64,000 bases of DNA from Paramoeba atlantica (taxonomy: Eukaryota; Protista; Discosea), in assembly GCA_977017575.1 (NCBI GenBank), contig CDRNVI010000011.1, positions 124,001 to 188,000 of the forward strand, written 5' to 3'. The notes beneath the pieces were generated by a model. The model was not told the DNA's origin and did not search any database. It saw nothing but the letters and a program-made list of their open reading frames with translations. Of the stretch, positions 31,486 to 42,132 are shown piece after piece; positions within the stretch are counted from its first letter, which is position 1; the number at the start of each line of letters is the position of its first letter. The position numbers were made by a program, and so were the translations under genes.

Positions 31486-33288
31486 ATGATTATACTTCTC
31501 AGGCTACTGCACTTCTGGATCTTCCTGCTTCCAAAGTCAGTGTATTCATCTGAAGATGTTAAAAATTGTCAGCTTGCGTCGGTATGGAGGTCACGAAAGA
31601 TTTTTCAGCATTCATGGGGTATCACTCATGTAGAAGCTTCCGGTAAAGTGTCAACCTCATTAAGAAAGAGTACGCTTGGCACTAAGTCTTTTTCGAATCT
31701 AGCGAATTGCTCCACAATCAACACGGTAGATTTTGATGAAATTCTGGTTCGAAGAAGAAAGGCGAAACGTGAATACGAGAAAGTAGTGCAAGGAATGCCT
31801 CTGTCGGAAGGGTTTGCCGCATTACCCAACGAACCACTGGGCTTGTTCAACATTGATCAAGAGCAAACAGAGGGACGGCGTACACTGCTTGAATTACTGT
31901 TTGGGGGATCCACGGATTTCAAACAAAGTCAATGTACTCATTGTTCTGAACTGGAAGATGCAGAGTCTCCATCTCCGATTCTGGTCATTCCAGGTACTAT
32001 GGGATCGGTCTTAGAAGAAAGACGAGAAAAGGCTAATTGGTTGCCTTTGGAGTGTAGCAAGAGCTTAGATTGGTCTAAAATTTGGTTTGATCTACAAGGA
32101 ATCGCACTTCGGTTTCGATGCTGGCGTGAAATTATGCGTCTGAAGTTACATCCAAATGGTACAACACAAAATCCACCAGGAATTTCGATTCGTCCGCTGG
32201 AAGATCGTATTCGAGCAGTGAGCTGTTACAATCCTGCGAATACTTTCACTTGTGATGCTACGGCGTATATGAAAGGTTTCTTTGAGTTCATGACAGACAC
32301 TGTCGATTCAAGGATCATAGACGAGAACCACTTTCCTTGTGAAATGTGTACGAAACAGAACTTGACACTCACTGCGAACGGGACGCGTCACATACTCCGT
32401 CGCGGTCGCTATAAACCGGGACATAGTCTGGACGCAATGCCCTATGATTTTCGTCGTACCCCGCTGGACATGCGCACTCTGATGTTTCCTGAGCTGAAGG
32501 CTCGAGTCGAGCGAATGTATGCGGAGAATCAAAATCGATCTGTGACACTGGTAGCGCATTCACTGGGAGGAGTGCACACCGTCCTCTTCTTGAACACCTT
32601 CGTCGATGAAGTCTGGAAAGATAAGTACATTGCTCGATTGATTAGTATCGCCGGTGCCTATGGTGGCTCCGTAAAGGCAATCCGTGGCGCTCTTGTCGGT
32701 GAAAATGATGGATGGCCTGCACCCTTTTGGGTCACGCAACCCGTCCTCGAGTCATGGATTTCCATGTACACAGCGTTTCCTTGCCACAATGAGCGTTGTC
32801 AAGTATGGGGTAACCGTTCCCTGGTCCACGTAGGTGATCAGGAGTACTCCGCCGCTAACCTTACACAGCTTCTAAGAGACTTTAAATTAGATACAATAGC
32901 AAATACGTATAAACATTTAAACACGGAGGTCGATTCTCAAAGTCCTCCGAACGTCACGGTACACTGCGTCATAAGCACTGGATGGAATACAATACAAAAG
33001 TTTTCTATCGATAGTTCTCAAGCGCAGCATAGATATTCTCCGAAGGATGTGGTCGACACCAATGGTGATGGTACCATTTCCGTAGATTCACTGCGCGTGT
33101 GTAGCTCTTGGAAAGGGCGTCAAGAAAAAAATGTTGTGACGACTACCTACTTAGAATCCGAACACATGGCACTAATTTCCGAAAATCGTCATGTCTGGCA
33201 GCAAATATACAATGTAGCTAATGAAATCAAGGATGACCCAAGGGTTATGCACGATACAACCATTGATTCAGAGGGCAAATTGTGCTAG
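31486..33288 (+). CDS. LCAT / group XV phospholipase A2-family lipase (copy 2)
   Basis: PILVIPGTMGSVLE, AMPYDFRRTP, VTLVAHSLGG, NGDGTIS and HMAL. Confidence 0.9.
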   Translation: MIILLRLLHFWIFLLPKSVYSSEDVKNCQLASVWRSRKIFQHSWGITHVEASGKVSTSLRKSTLGTKSFSNLANCSTINTVDFDEILVRRRKAKREYEKVVQGMPLSEGFAALPNEPLGLFNIDQEQTEGRRTLLELLFGGSTDFKQSQCTHCSELEDAESPSPILVIPGTMGSVLEERREKANWLPLECSKSLDWSKIWFDLQGIALRFRCWREIMRLKLHPNGTTQNPPGISIRPLEDRIRAVSCYNPANTFTCDATAYMKGFFEFMTDTVDSRIIDENHFPCEMCTKQNLTLTANGTRHILRRGRYKPGHSLDAMPYDFRRTPLDMRTLMFPELKARVERMYAENQNRSVTLVAHSLGGVHTVLFLNTFVDEVWKDKYIARLISIAGAYGGSVKAIRGALVGENDGWPAPFWVTQPVLESWISMYTAFPCHNERCQVWGNRSLVHVGDQEYSAANLTQLLRDFKLDTIANTYKHLNTEVDSQSPPNVTVHCVISTGWNTIQKFSIDSSQAQHRYSPKDVVDTNGDGTISVDSLRVCSSWKGRQEKNVVTTTYLESEHMALISENRHVWQQIYNVANEIKDDPRVMHDTTIDSEGKLC

Positions 33289-33664
33289 GTAGATACAAGA
33301 CAGCTAATTTTATTTTTTGGTTTTTGGTCCTGGGCTATTGCCTGTCCCTTTTTGTTTGACCTACCACGATTTAGTAAAAGTATTAAACGTATTCACACTT
33401 CATTAGAGTTGCTTGCTTCACCATGCTGCTTTACCATTAGTAACTTACTTCCGACACAGATGGTTTACTTCTGAAGTCATACATGTACTAATCTAATGTT
33501 ATAATTTTACGCTCAGTGGTTTACTTTTTGCACACGTGTAGTTTTCATGAACGTATCTTTCGCAAATGTTCCTGCCCTAGCGGTTTCCCAGAGAAGCATT
33601 GGATATTGTCGTTGAATTGCACTGTAGTGTCTTTAGGTTGTACTATTCATTCAGCGTAGTTTGC

Positions 33665-35167
33665 ATGACTGGAAGTGTCCAAGAGGTACAACGGTCGGAT
33701 CTCGGCTCCATAGACGATAGCTTTAGTGCTGAGGAATACATACGAACAACTTTTAAAGACTACTCCTTTGCGGACTTAATAAAAACGGTCGAGCAACTTG
33801 AAGCTGATATTCAACAAGGGAAAGAGCGAATAAACGAAAGCGCTGGTAAAAATGCGAGTGTTCTTCTTCAGTTTAATATGGAATCGGATAAAGCCAATTC
33901 AACGGAGAGAAGTTTGCAAATGAAAAATATTGTCACAAAGCATGAGAATATTAGGCGAAAGATTGGTCATACTCTCAGCGCCGAAAGATTTTACCCGCAG
34001 AAAAACATAATTGAGACACAAGACGTTGAGTACTGCGTTCTGGTTGACAATTTCATAAAAATGTTGGAAAGGTGCAATTGGCGATGTCTCGCACTCAGAC
34101 AAAATTTCTTAGAGGAGTCTGGCGTGGACGAGCAGAAAGTGAGTTTAGATATGTATTATGTAAGGACTCTAATTAAAGAAATATTGGAGCAACACAAAAA
34201 TATTAGAGCCCATGCGCGGAAAAGCGCTAAGTGTGTGGAAGCTAACATCGAGGAAAGATATCGTGAGGTGGGTAAAAAGTTAGACAATATTCAACTTGCA
34301 GATGGCGAGATAAAAGCAAGCAAAACGTTCGTCGGAAATAGTTCCACTATTCGCTCGAACACAAGGGCCATGCTTTTTGAAAAAGCAGCCACTACTTTCC
34401 GAGGCCTTCTCCTTTCAGTCATATCGGAAGCTCTTAGCTTTCGCAGTTATGACACTATATCAACCATAGTTGAAGCCTTGCGTTTAACAACTTCAGAAGA
34501 TCCCGTTCCTACTCTATGCAAAATATACAGTGATCTAGTACGGAGTGAGTTGCAGTCTCACATGAACGATCTTACAATTTATGAGTCACTCTGTTCAAAT
34601 CCAGAAATTGATGAACAAAGCATACAGAGCGTGAGGTCAGAGCAAATTCTGCACTCGAGTTGCGCAAAACTTTCTAACGGGCTTTATAGCGTGTGTAATG
34701 AGTTGCAAGAGCTGTCTCTTTGTTCCTTAACGGAAGCTTGTATTCCAAACCGATTCTGGATATTTTTTGTTGGATGGCGCCGCGTGTGCTTTCTTTGTCA
34801 ACTTTTGCTAAAACTGCCTCGTACACCGACACGAAATTTTTCTACTCAAACTGAGATGAAAACATGTAACCACACGGACACATTTTCTCTGGTGCGATTC
34901 CTATCCAACCTTGGAAAACACGTTAAGGAATCAATCTGCGAAAATGCCTCGAAAACATCACGACTATCTCACGGTGAAGGTCAACGTTTATGGCTTCAAA
35001 AAATTTCGACTATTATTCTTACGTTTTTTGAATTGCATGAATCTGCCCGGGATAACCCTAACGAGTGCGCCCGGGCGGTCGAACAAGTTACCCAATGGTC
35101 AGGAGAAATTTCCTGTGTTGAAATGTTTAGATCAAACGTAGCAGATCTTCAAAATGAAATTGGTTGA
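33665..35167 (+). CDS. Vps51/COG1/Exo84-family tethering-complex subunit (tentative)
   Basis: N-terminal DDSFSAEEYI..SFADLIKTVEQLEADI coiled coil typical of the Vps51 N-domain. The ORF is open from 33599. Confidence 0.55.
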   Translation: MTGSVQEVQRSDLGSIDDSFSAEEYIRTTFKDYSFADLIKTVEQLEADIQQGKERINESAGKNASVLLQFNMESDKANSTERSLQMKNIVTKHENIRRKIGHTLSAERFYPQKNIIETQDVEYCVLVDNFIKMLERCNWRCLALRQNFLEESGVDEQKVSLDMYYVRTLIKEILEQHKNIRAHARKSAKCVEANIEERYREVGKKLDNIQLADGEIKASKTFVGNSSTIRSNTRAMLFEKAATTFRGLLLSVISEALSFRSYDTISTIVEALRLTTSEDPVPTLCKIYSDLVRSELQSHMNDLTIYESLCSNPEIDEQSIQSVRSEQILHSSCAKLSNGLYSVCNELQELSLCSLTEACIPNRFWIFFVGWRRVCFLCQLLLKLPRTPTRNFSTQTEMKTCNHTDTFSLVRFLSNLGKHVKESICENASKTSRLSHGEGQRLWLQKISTIILTFFELHESARDNPNECARAVEQVTQWSGEISCVEMFRSNVADLQNEIG

Positions 35168-35418
35168 TAGTGCAGCTAACATTTTTGAAAACAGACTTAT
35201 TTGCCTTGATAGACATTTTCGTTTGATGCTTTTGTTTCTTTTAATATTCTACACTTGATTCAAACGGTTATTCAAAACTTAGTTTAACTTTACTATTTTC
35301 AACTCACTACTGAAAGACATCCATACTCACAATTAGATGCTCCTTTGCTTCCGATAGTGTGGGCCTAGTTAGCACCATATCTCTAGCAAGTCCTCGGTAC
35401 ATACCACAAGCTCATAAA

Positions 35419-38400
35419 ATGCGCGCTGGCACAATGTATGTGGCCTTGATGGCACTTATTTCTCTTCTTCCTGTAGAAGGATTCGAAAGAGCATATCAAG
35501 ATTCAATGTGGCACAGGAAGCATTTTGGTCCCATCTGCGCTGAAGACATGTATATTAATTATACTACACCTTCGAAAATTGTGAGTGCGATAGGTACGCG
35601 AGATGGAACTGTAGCACTTCTGGAAAGTAGTTTCGCTTCTCCAGTAGCACGGGAAACTTTACCAGAGTCTGGCACATTAAAATGGAGGCACTCACTAGCT
35701 GCATCATGCCGAATCGACCAGAAAACAACGAGTACAGATTCTTGCATTTCTCAAGTTTTGTTTTCTACTGATGGTGAGTTCTTAGTTGCATATGGCTGTA
35801 TGACATCTAGTGCCACGAAAATCAGACAAAAGCGACTCTGGATCTTTAACTCCGATAGCGGAGTACTTTTAAACTCGTATCCGATTATAGATGGCATTGA
35901 AGCTATCAGCCTGTCTGACTGTCAGAGAAGCGACGAGCGTGTGGCCGGCACAGCCTCCTGTTTTTCGAGCCGAAGTGCACAAGACAGCTCTCTTATTTTG
36001 TGGGAGAGATCTGTTATCTTTGACATCGCGCAGAACGCGAACACAACATTTTTCCGCCGATACGCAATTACATCACTAAAAGGTCTTATCAATGGCGGGA
36101 ATGACTGGTCTAGCCAGTCAAGTACTGATTTGACAAGTTGTCTCCCTATGAGTCGCGCTCACCTTACATCAATAATTAATGCTAAAGGGGAATCTAGCGG
36201 TATCACATTTGGAAATTCTTCTACCAACTCACTGCTAAGTAGATCAGAGCTTTCTGTTAACGGTTTTTACGCGTGTCATGTGGATTCACGGGCAGCAAAT
36301 GATAAAACTTCCTTTCTTTTTTGCTACAACACATCTTCGGTCCATCATTCTGAAATGTTTCCATCAGCGGGTGCGGAAATTATGAGGTCGGATTTTAGTT
36401 CCGAAAAGGTTGCTCTCCGAATTATGCGTATCTTAAACTTTTCCAACACATCGCTCTCTATATTATTATCCAATGGTGCGGTATACGCCTGGGAGACTGG
36501 ATCCACTGAAATAGTAAGAAGGAGTTTCACGTCGATAGACTTCGACAATGAAAGTCGTGAAGATTATTATCTTCACGGTTCTAATACTTCCTCTCTAGTA
36601 CTAGTTGATGACTTTACCTTAAGTTTATCCGCTTCAACGGACCATACTCCTGTTGTACTTAACTTTGCACGTAATCGCGCAAGACTTGGTCATTGCACTT
36701 CACTACGCACTAACCTGATTGAAAGCAAGGAAATTTTATGTTTGATAGTTTCTGATTCTAACGATCTCTGTTTACAGCACGTTAAATACGAGTCTAACAT
36801 CGGAGGTGATATTGTAGCACACGCTTCTACTGTTTGGCAGCGCTACGACGGATTGGGTGTGCCGTTTATTTCACGTGGAGGATCTGGGGTTCCCGTCGTA
36901 AAAGTTGTAACAAACTCAAGCTTACTATCTCATTCTAGCGTCGTGCCTTTTCTTCTTCTGAACTCATACGGATCCCTATATGCTTTGAACTTGAAAAATG
37001 GGAGCTTTTTATGGAGAGTGTCGTTGATTGAAAATGTGGAGAACTTATGGCGTCTTACGAGTGCAAGAATAATTGAGGTAAAACGTGGTTTTGATTCAGT
37101 ACGGCATTTTCTTAATGTTTCACAGCATACTGGATTGTTCAATATAATTGTGATTATTGAGTTCCATCTCGATGAAATTGATAGTAAAGAAACCCGCGTG
37201 TGGCTTGGGTCGTCTCAAACAGGTCGGGGAATTTTTCTCGAAGCCTGTAATCTTAGGAAGATTCTTCAGTATACGCCTGATGAGGCACCCGCGTCCATAC
37301 CATATTCTTCAGTTTTGATGAAATTAACCTCTGTCGTGCAATATTATAGTGCGAGGAATAAAATCGAACCTGGTGATCATGAAAATGCAGAAGAAATAGA
37401 TAAAGGTCTGGAGTCAACTCCCTCCGATGTTATTTACTATTACATGAAGGATCATAGCATTTTCGCAAGTTCGTATGATGCGATGAATGCGAGCAGTGAT
37501 TCTGATCATGTAGTGTGGAAATTTTGTCTTCCGTCGGAGGATACGATTGTAAAATACAGCGTACATTCGAACGAGGGATTGCTCCATTCTCCATTTAGCT
37601 ACGGGAGTGAGTACCGGGTTGCTTCTGGTGGACCAAGGAGAATCGAGCGTCATTCAGAAGAAAAGACCACAGAATTCGTATTTCATAAAAAATCAGCAGC
37701 AAGTGTAATGTGCATCTTATCGCTGAATCCAAAAACATCAATATTGAATTTCTTTGTTATTGATGGTACTACAGGATCAGTACTTCGACATAGTCAACAC
37801 AGAGATGCTATGGAACCCATCAGTTTGATTCTAGTGGAACATTATGCATTGTATAGTTACGTTCTTGGAAGCCGATTGAGCTCAGTACTTGCGATTTCTG
37901 AGTTTCTTTTTCCGGAATGGGCTACACCCTCCTGGGGGTCCGATTATTTCAACAAATCGGAGCAGAATCAAATACTTCGTGTTGATGCAAAAGTAGACAT
38001 TTTATCTTATTTCTTTGATTTACTAAACTGGGACACAAATCATCAACGCACGACGCAGTTTCCAGTCATTCGCACTACGCAGTTCCAGTTACCTGATATT
38101 ATTCACGTTTTAGGTGTGACAACAACGAAGCATGGAATCACACCGAAGCAAATACTACTGGGCACACGAGCCGGTCAAGTTATCTCTCTGGACTCTACGT
38201 GGCTTCAGTCGTCTTCCGACTTAAGGCACAAAGAAGGTGTTGAGCAAGATACGCCTTGGTCATCTGTACAAGTTCTCACCCAAAGTGAACTGGTTGCGAA
38301 CCTCCAGGGTATTGTATCTTCGGGTGATCGCTTGGAAAGTGTTTCTCATGTTTTTTCCGTCGGATCAGATTTATTTTACACAAAAATTCATCCAATTCAA

Positions 38401-38511
38401 GCTTATGATTCGCTCAATCAAAGTTTGGATTTTCGTGTTCTCCTTACTTTGCTTATGCTCAGTATTACATGCTGCGTGATACTCAGATGGGAAAGTCTGC
38501 GGAGAGCTTAG
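35419..38511 (+). CDS. EMC1: ER membrane protein complex subunit 1
   Basis: Signal peptide, WHRKHFG, beta-propeller-like body, TTTKHGITPKQILLG, LESVSHVFSVGSDLFYTKIHP and a C-terminal TM. The ORF is open from 35359. Confidence 0.85.
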   Translation: MRAGTMYVALMALISLLPVEGFERAYQDSMWHRKHFGPICAEDMYINYTTPSKIVSAIGTRDGTVALLESSFASPVARETLPESGTLKWRHSLAASCRIDQKTTSTDSCISQVLFSTDGEFLVAYGCMTSSATKIRQKRLWIFNSDSGVLLNSYPIIDGIEAISLSDCQRSDERVAGTASCFSSRSAQDSSLILWERSVIFDIAQNANTTFFRRYAITSLKGLINGGNDWSSQSSTDLTSCLPMSRAHLTSIINAKGESSGITFGNSSTNSLLSRSELSVNGFYACHVDSRAANDKTSFLFCYNTSSVHHSEMFPSAGAEIMRSDFSSEKVALRIMRILNFSNTSLSILLSNGAVYAWETGSTEIVRRSFTSIDFDNESREDYYLHGSNTSSLVLVDDFTLSLSASTDHTPVVLNFARNRARLGHCTSLRTNLIESKEILCLIVSDSNDLCLQHVKYESNIGGDIVAHASTVWQRYDGLGVPFISRGGSGVPVVKVVTNSSLLSHSSVVPFLLLNSYGSLYALNLKNGSFLWRVSLIENVENLWRLTSARIIEVKRGFDSVRHFLNVSQHTGLFNIIVIIEFHLDEIDSKETRVWLGSSQTGRGIFLEACNLRKILQYTPDEAPASIPYSSVLMKLTSVVQYYSARNKIEPGDHENAEEIDKGLESTPSDVIYYYMKDHSIFASSYDAMNASSDSDHVVWKFCLPSEDTIVKYSVHSNEGLLHSPFSYGSEYRVASGGPRRIERHSEEKTTEFVFHKKSAASVMCILSLNPKTSILNFFVIDGTTGSVLRHSQHRDAMEPISLILVEHYALYSYVLGSRLSSVLAISEFLFPEWATPSWGSDYFNKSEQNQILRVDAKVDILSYFFDLLNWDTNHQRTTQFPVIRTTQFQLPDIIHVLGVTTTKHGITPKQILLGTRAGQVISLDSTWLQSSSDLRHKEGVEQDTPWSSVQVLTQSELVANLQGIVSSGDRLESVSHVFSVGSDLFYTKIHPIQAYDSLNQSLDFRVLLTLLMLSITCCVILRWESLRRA

Positions 38512-38535
38512 ATTTTTTGGACGATATGTATTAAT

Positions 38536-39759
38536 GGTTAAACTGAACCAATGTTCGCAAATTTATGAATTTTCAAAATTTCACGTCCCTTTTTGCTTAC
38601 ACTTTAAACTTTTCTCCACTTAAACTTGATTACTTCTTACAAATGGAGGCATACGCAGTGCTCCTTCAAATTTCGTAAGACTTGAAGCAGTGTATCACCC
38701 CCATTGCACTTCAAACTTCCGGTGCATACCTCTGCGTATGCTTGTATTCGATCCCCCCTCTTCTCCAACTTTCGACCTAGAACATTGCCGTCCCGCTTTA
38801 GACGCTTCTTGACCATGGAGTTCGCGCACTCCACAGTATTAGTGTGCACACCTTCATTCGTAACCCACTGTCTCTTGTGGTTTACACTTTCCCACTTATA
38901 TTTGCCGCGGAGAGACAAATTATGGCGGGCACCATCAGTCCAAATTTTTGTACGACTTCCCGAAGCTAGATTCTGGGTGTTCGGAAGAAGGCTCTGAGAT
39001 GTTCGATTTGGAACAGATTCCATGAGAATTTCAGATAATTTGTTGTCCCTCGTTGTGACCGCTATCGTCTGAGCAATTTGATTACCATCTTGGCGAACAC
39101 GTTTTGCTCGATGGCAACCGCCCCTCTTTCGGACAGAAAAAAAAGTTTCATCGCATTGCATTGTGGTCACCTTGGATCGCAGTCGAACTCGTCGGCGTAT
39201 ATGCGCTGTGGCCATGAGGGAATCCAGCCATTGACGCAATTTAATCACCGTTTTTTCGCTTAACTCCATTTCCGCCACTGAAGACGCATGGCGCCCACCC
39301 CTAGAGTACAAAACGATGTACAGGAGAGTCTGTTTAGCGCTTCGCTGGCTCTTGCTGGGCAACAGCGGCCCCATAGCTCCGTACCTCGCTTTACAATTCT
39401 TGGTGCAGACCCATTTATTCCCGACTAATGCTATGGTGTGCGGAGCTCTGTGATTTTTCTTGTAGCAAATAACTTTCTGCGCCACTAGAGAGTGGTTTTT
39501 CATCCAGTCCAGACATTGATTCTCACTCCAGGAAGAAATTCTTCTGATCGTAAGTTTCGAACGGCACCCACCGCACCCAGTGCACGTCATTAAAAGGTGA
39601 GAAGAGCAATAAACAAGTACTAATGGATTCAAAAAACACAATGCTTATATAAAATTAATGTGCAGAACCATGATTCAGAATAAAAGAAAGGAGCGATAAA
39701 ACGTTCAGGTAAAAATTTTGCCAGATTGAGAAAAGTGCGAATATTGGTTCAGTTTCACC
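38536..39759 (-). mobile_element. Merlin (IS1595/IS1016-like) DNA transposon, 1224 bp
   Basis: 24-bp TIRs ggttaaactgaaccaatgttcgca (38536-38559) and tgcgaatattggttcagtttcacc (39736-39759), 2 mismatches. Perfect 8-bp TSD gtattaat at 38528-38535 and 39760-39767. Confidence 0.95.
38637..39590 (-). CDS. Merlin DDE transposase, intact
   Basis: QCDETFF, IWTDG, VNHK..WV..EGVHTNTVE motifs and a Cys-rich N-terminus. First ATG at 39590; the track starts at TTG 39641. Confidence 0.9.
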   Translation of the reverse strand: MTCTGCGGCRSKLTIRRISSWSENQCLDWMKNHSLVAQKVICYKKNHRAPHTIALVGNKWVCTKNCKARYGAMGPLLPSKSQRSAKQTLLYIVLYSRGGRHASSVAEMELSEKTVIKLRQWLDSLMATAHIRRRVRLRSKVTTMQCDETFFSVRKRGGCHRAKRVRQDGNQIAQTIAVTTRDNKLSEILMESVPNRTSQSLLPNTQNLASGSRTKIWTDGARHNLSLRGKYKWESVNHKRQWVTNEGVHTNTVECANSMVKKRLKRDGNVLGRKLEKRGDRIQAYAEVCTGSLKCNGGDTLLQVLRNLKEHCVCLHL

Positions 39760-40154
39760 GTATTAATGTATGACATATTTGTATCAGACTAAGATTACAT
39801 CTACACTGTATGTGTACCGACCAATACTTATGAAGGAAACAGTACTACAATATCAACCCTACAAAACTCTCCCAAAGAAAAATGAAAAAAGTAGGTTTGC
39901 TACCTACGCATCTCACAAGGCTTCCGCAATCCTCGCACTTCTCCAAGTACTTCCTTCGGAAAACGTATCACTACGCTTCCGCCCCATTTGAATACAATTT
40001 CAACTCACATGCTAGGTTATTTTCTTACTCGGACAAGTCGTTCGTTTCAATTCAATCTAGAACGAAACGCAACCATTTCTGTCCTCCCACTTTTATAGCG
40101 ACTGCCTATCGTGCCTAATGTTCAGCCCGGGATCCTCCTAGAAAAGCATCACCT

Positions 40155-40664
40155 ATGGCACAGCGCATGATGACCTCCTTAAACCGTGGTGGCAGCACCG
40201 CACCACTACGTTCAGCACGAGCTGTTGAGGAAAGCGAAGCATCCGGAGAAAATCCCATGAAGAAGTCTGGTGAAACAGCTGGAGTTAGAAACCTTGAAGA
40301 GAGCGAAGGAAAACCTTCGACTACATTAAAGGTAACCACCGGGGCAATGGCTTCAGGTGTCGTATCCATGTGTACTCTGGTTATGTTTCATTTGGTCGTG
40401 TGTCGCGTAAGTCCGCTTATTTTTGCCTCCACTTTTGTAGCTTCGGTTTTCTCAGGGGCGTTTGCTGCGGTGGAAAGTGGTATGGGGAGCTCTAATACGG
40501 GAAATGTCTCAGAATCGAGTAAAAAGGGGAGAGAAGCAGGGAACGCAGACAGTAGCAATGCCTCCGGAAGCACAGGTACAAGTTTTGGTTGTGTCAGTGG
40601 TCTTGTTATTGGAATGGTTGCCGCCTACTACGCGAAAAGTACAGAGGAGCCATGGCGCTCCTAA
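40155..40664 (+). CDS. Hypothetical small membrane protein
   Basis: 169 aa with three hydrophobic segments, on the coding strand. Confidence 0.55.
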   Translation: MAQRMMTSLNRGGSTAPLRSARAVEESEASGENPMKKSGETAGVRNLEESEGKPSTTLKVTTGAMASGVVSMCTLVMFHLVVCRVSPLIFASTFVASVFSGAFAAVESGMGSSNTGNVSESSKKGREAGNADSSNASGSTGTSFGCVSGLVIGMVAAYYAKSTEEPWRS

Positions 40665-40918
40665 TGCAATGTTTCTCTGCGGTGAGTTTCTTTCCTGTAT
40701 AAATTTACACGTAGGATTAAATAGTATTTAGTCAGTATTTAAAATAATGATTTACAGTCCAGGGGGATTTACAGTACCCCCAGTTCACAGAACACACCGT
40801 AAGAGCTTTTGGCCTAGTTCCTTCAACAGATCAAAAATGTAGAGTCTTTCCACCGTTTGCCCATACTCCCTCCTGGGTCCTGGGAAGGCATCTAGCGGTT
40901 TTCCCAACCGTTTCTAAT

Positions 40919-41581
40919 TTGCATCTTTTTAAATTGTTTTTTCCACAAGTTATGTGCTATTTGCAATCGTTATACTGTCACAGTGGTTGTACCATTCTTG
41001 GTTTTGCCGACGCGCCTAGTAAAGGTACAAAGGCTACAAAGGCAGGAAGAGTAAGAGGTGTGCTTCTACCCCAGGAATACGATCTTGAGCGAATGATACA
41101 AAATATCGTGAATCCGCTTCCATCTTGGAACGCCTCCACACCTGCTCGTGAGTGGCAAGGAGTTCAGTGTTCTGATGAAGGTAACATTCTAAAGTTTGAA
41201 GCCGAGAGTAAATCATTACGTGGTACGCTCTTGTGGAGTATATTACCGCGATCCTTAACTCGATTCTCAGTATACGCTAATGATCTAAGCGGAGAAATTG
41301 AGCTTGGAGATCTTCCTGAAAAACTGCGCTCACTAAACGCGTCATACAATCGCTTTACGGGCACTGTTGATCTTTGCCACCTTCCTTCAACGTTATGTTC
41401 GTTGATATTATCTAAAAATTATTTGAGCGGTCACGTGACGTTCGAGCATCTGCCATCCATAATACGAAGTCTAGCATTACGCAATAATGCTGAACTTACT
41501 GGAACTGTACATTCTCAGTCGTTGCCAATGGGCTTGAAATATACGGCTTTTACGGACACGAAAATAGTTGTGATACAGTAG
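40919..41581 (+). CDS. Short leucine-rich repeat protein
   Basis: WQGVQC cap followed by LP-x-x-L-x-x-L-x-x-x-x-N-x-(L/F)-(S/T)-G repeats. Start codon uncertain. Confidence 0.8.
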   Translation: MHLFKLFFPQVMCYLQSLYCHSGCTILGFADAPSKGTKATKAGRVRGVLLPQEYDLERMIQNIVNPLPSWNASTPAREWQGVQCSDEGNILKFEAESKSLRGTLLWSILPRSLTRFSVYANDLSGEIELGDLPEKLRSLNASYNRFTGTVDLCHLPSTLCSLILSKNYLSGHVTFEHLPSIIRSLALRNNAELTGTVHSQSLPMGLKYTAFTDTKIVVIQ

Positions 41582-42132
41582 ATTGAAATTGTCCATAATA
41601 ATTCAATATTTTGCGTTTATAAGAAAACGGTGGAATAGATGCTCCGCAATACTGCTCAGTTCACTTGAAAAGAAGTAGTGGTACACAATATTAAGCCCTG
41701 TTCCGGGTAGTATTGTGTAGTAAAAAAAGTATTGCTTTTTTTAAAGATCTTTTTCATGCTTATACTATAAGCACTAGAAATCATGAACAAGAAGAAATGA
41801 TAAGAACAAGAAGAAAATAAAACGACAAAGTACAGTGTATTTCAAAAAACGATGCCCCACCGCGGAGCCTATACGAACGGCACCCAAAATTCAATACTAA
41901 TTAGGGGGATTGAGCACTCATTAATAAATAGGGGTATAGTAAAAAAACCTACAGACCAGAACTTCAAGCCTTTGTCGGTAATTTGGTTGCCATCGACCAC
42001 TCCTTTAAGAGAGCTCATAAGTGTACCAGAACAGAAATACGACCATAAAAAATCGGAAAATCGGGCCCGCGGCGCGAAGCGCCGCGCGTTCTCCTTTGGA
42101 ATGCTATTGGCGCTAAAAATTTTAGCCAATTA

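Noticed and set aside
40800-40850. ctttttggcctag..agatcaa..tgtag resembling U2 snRNA
   Set aside because: Spacing is wrong, and no Sm site or Pol III boxes are seen nearby.
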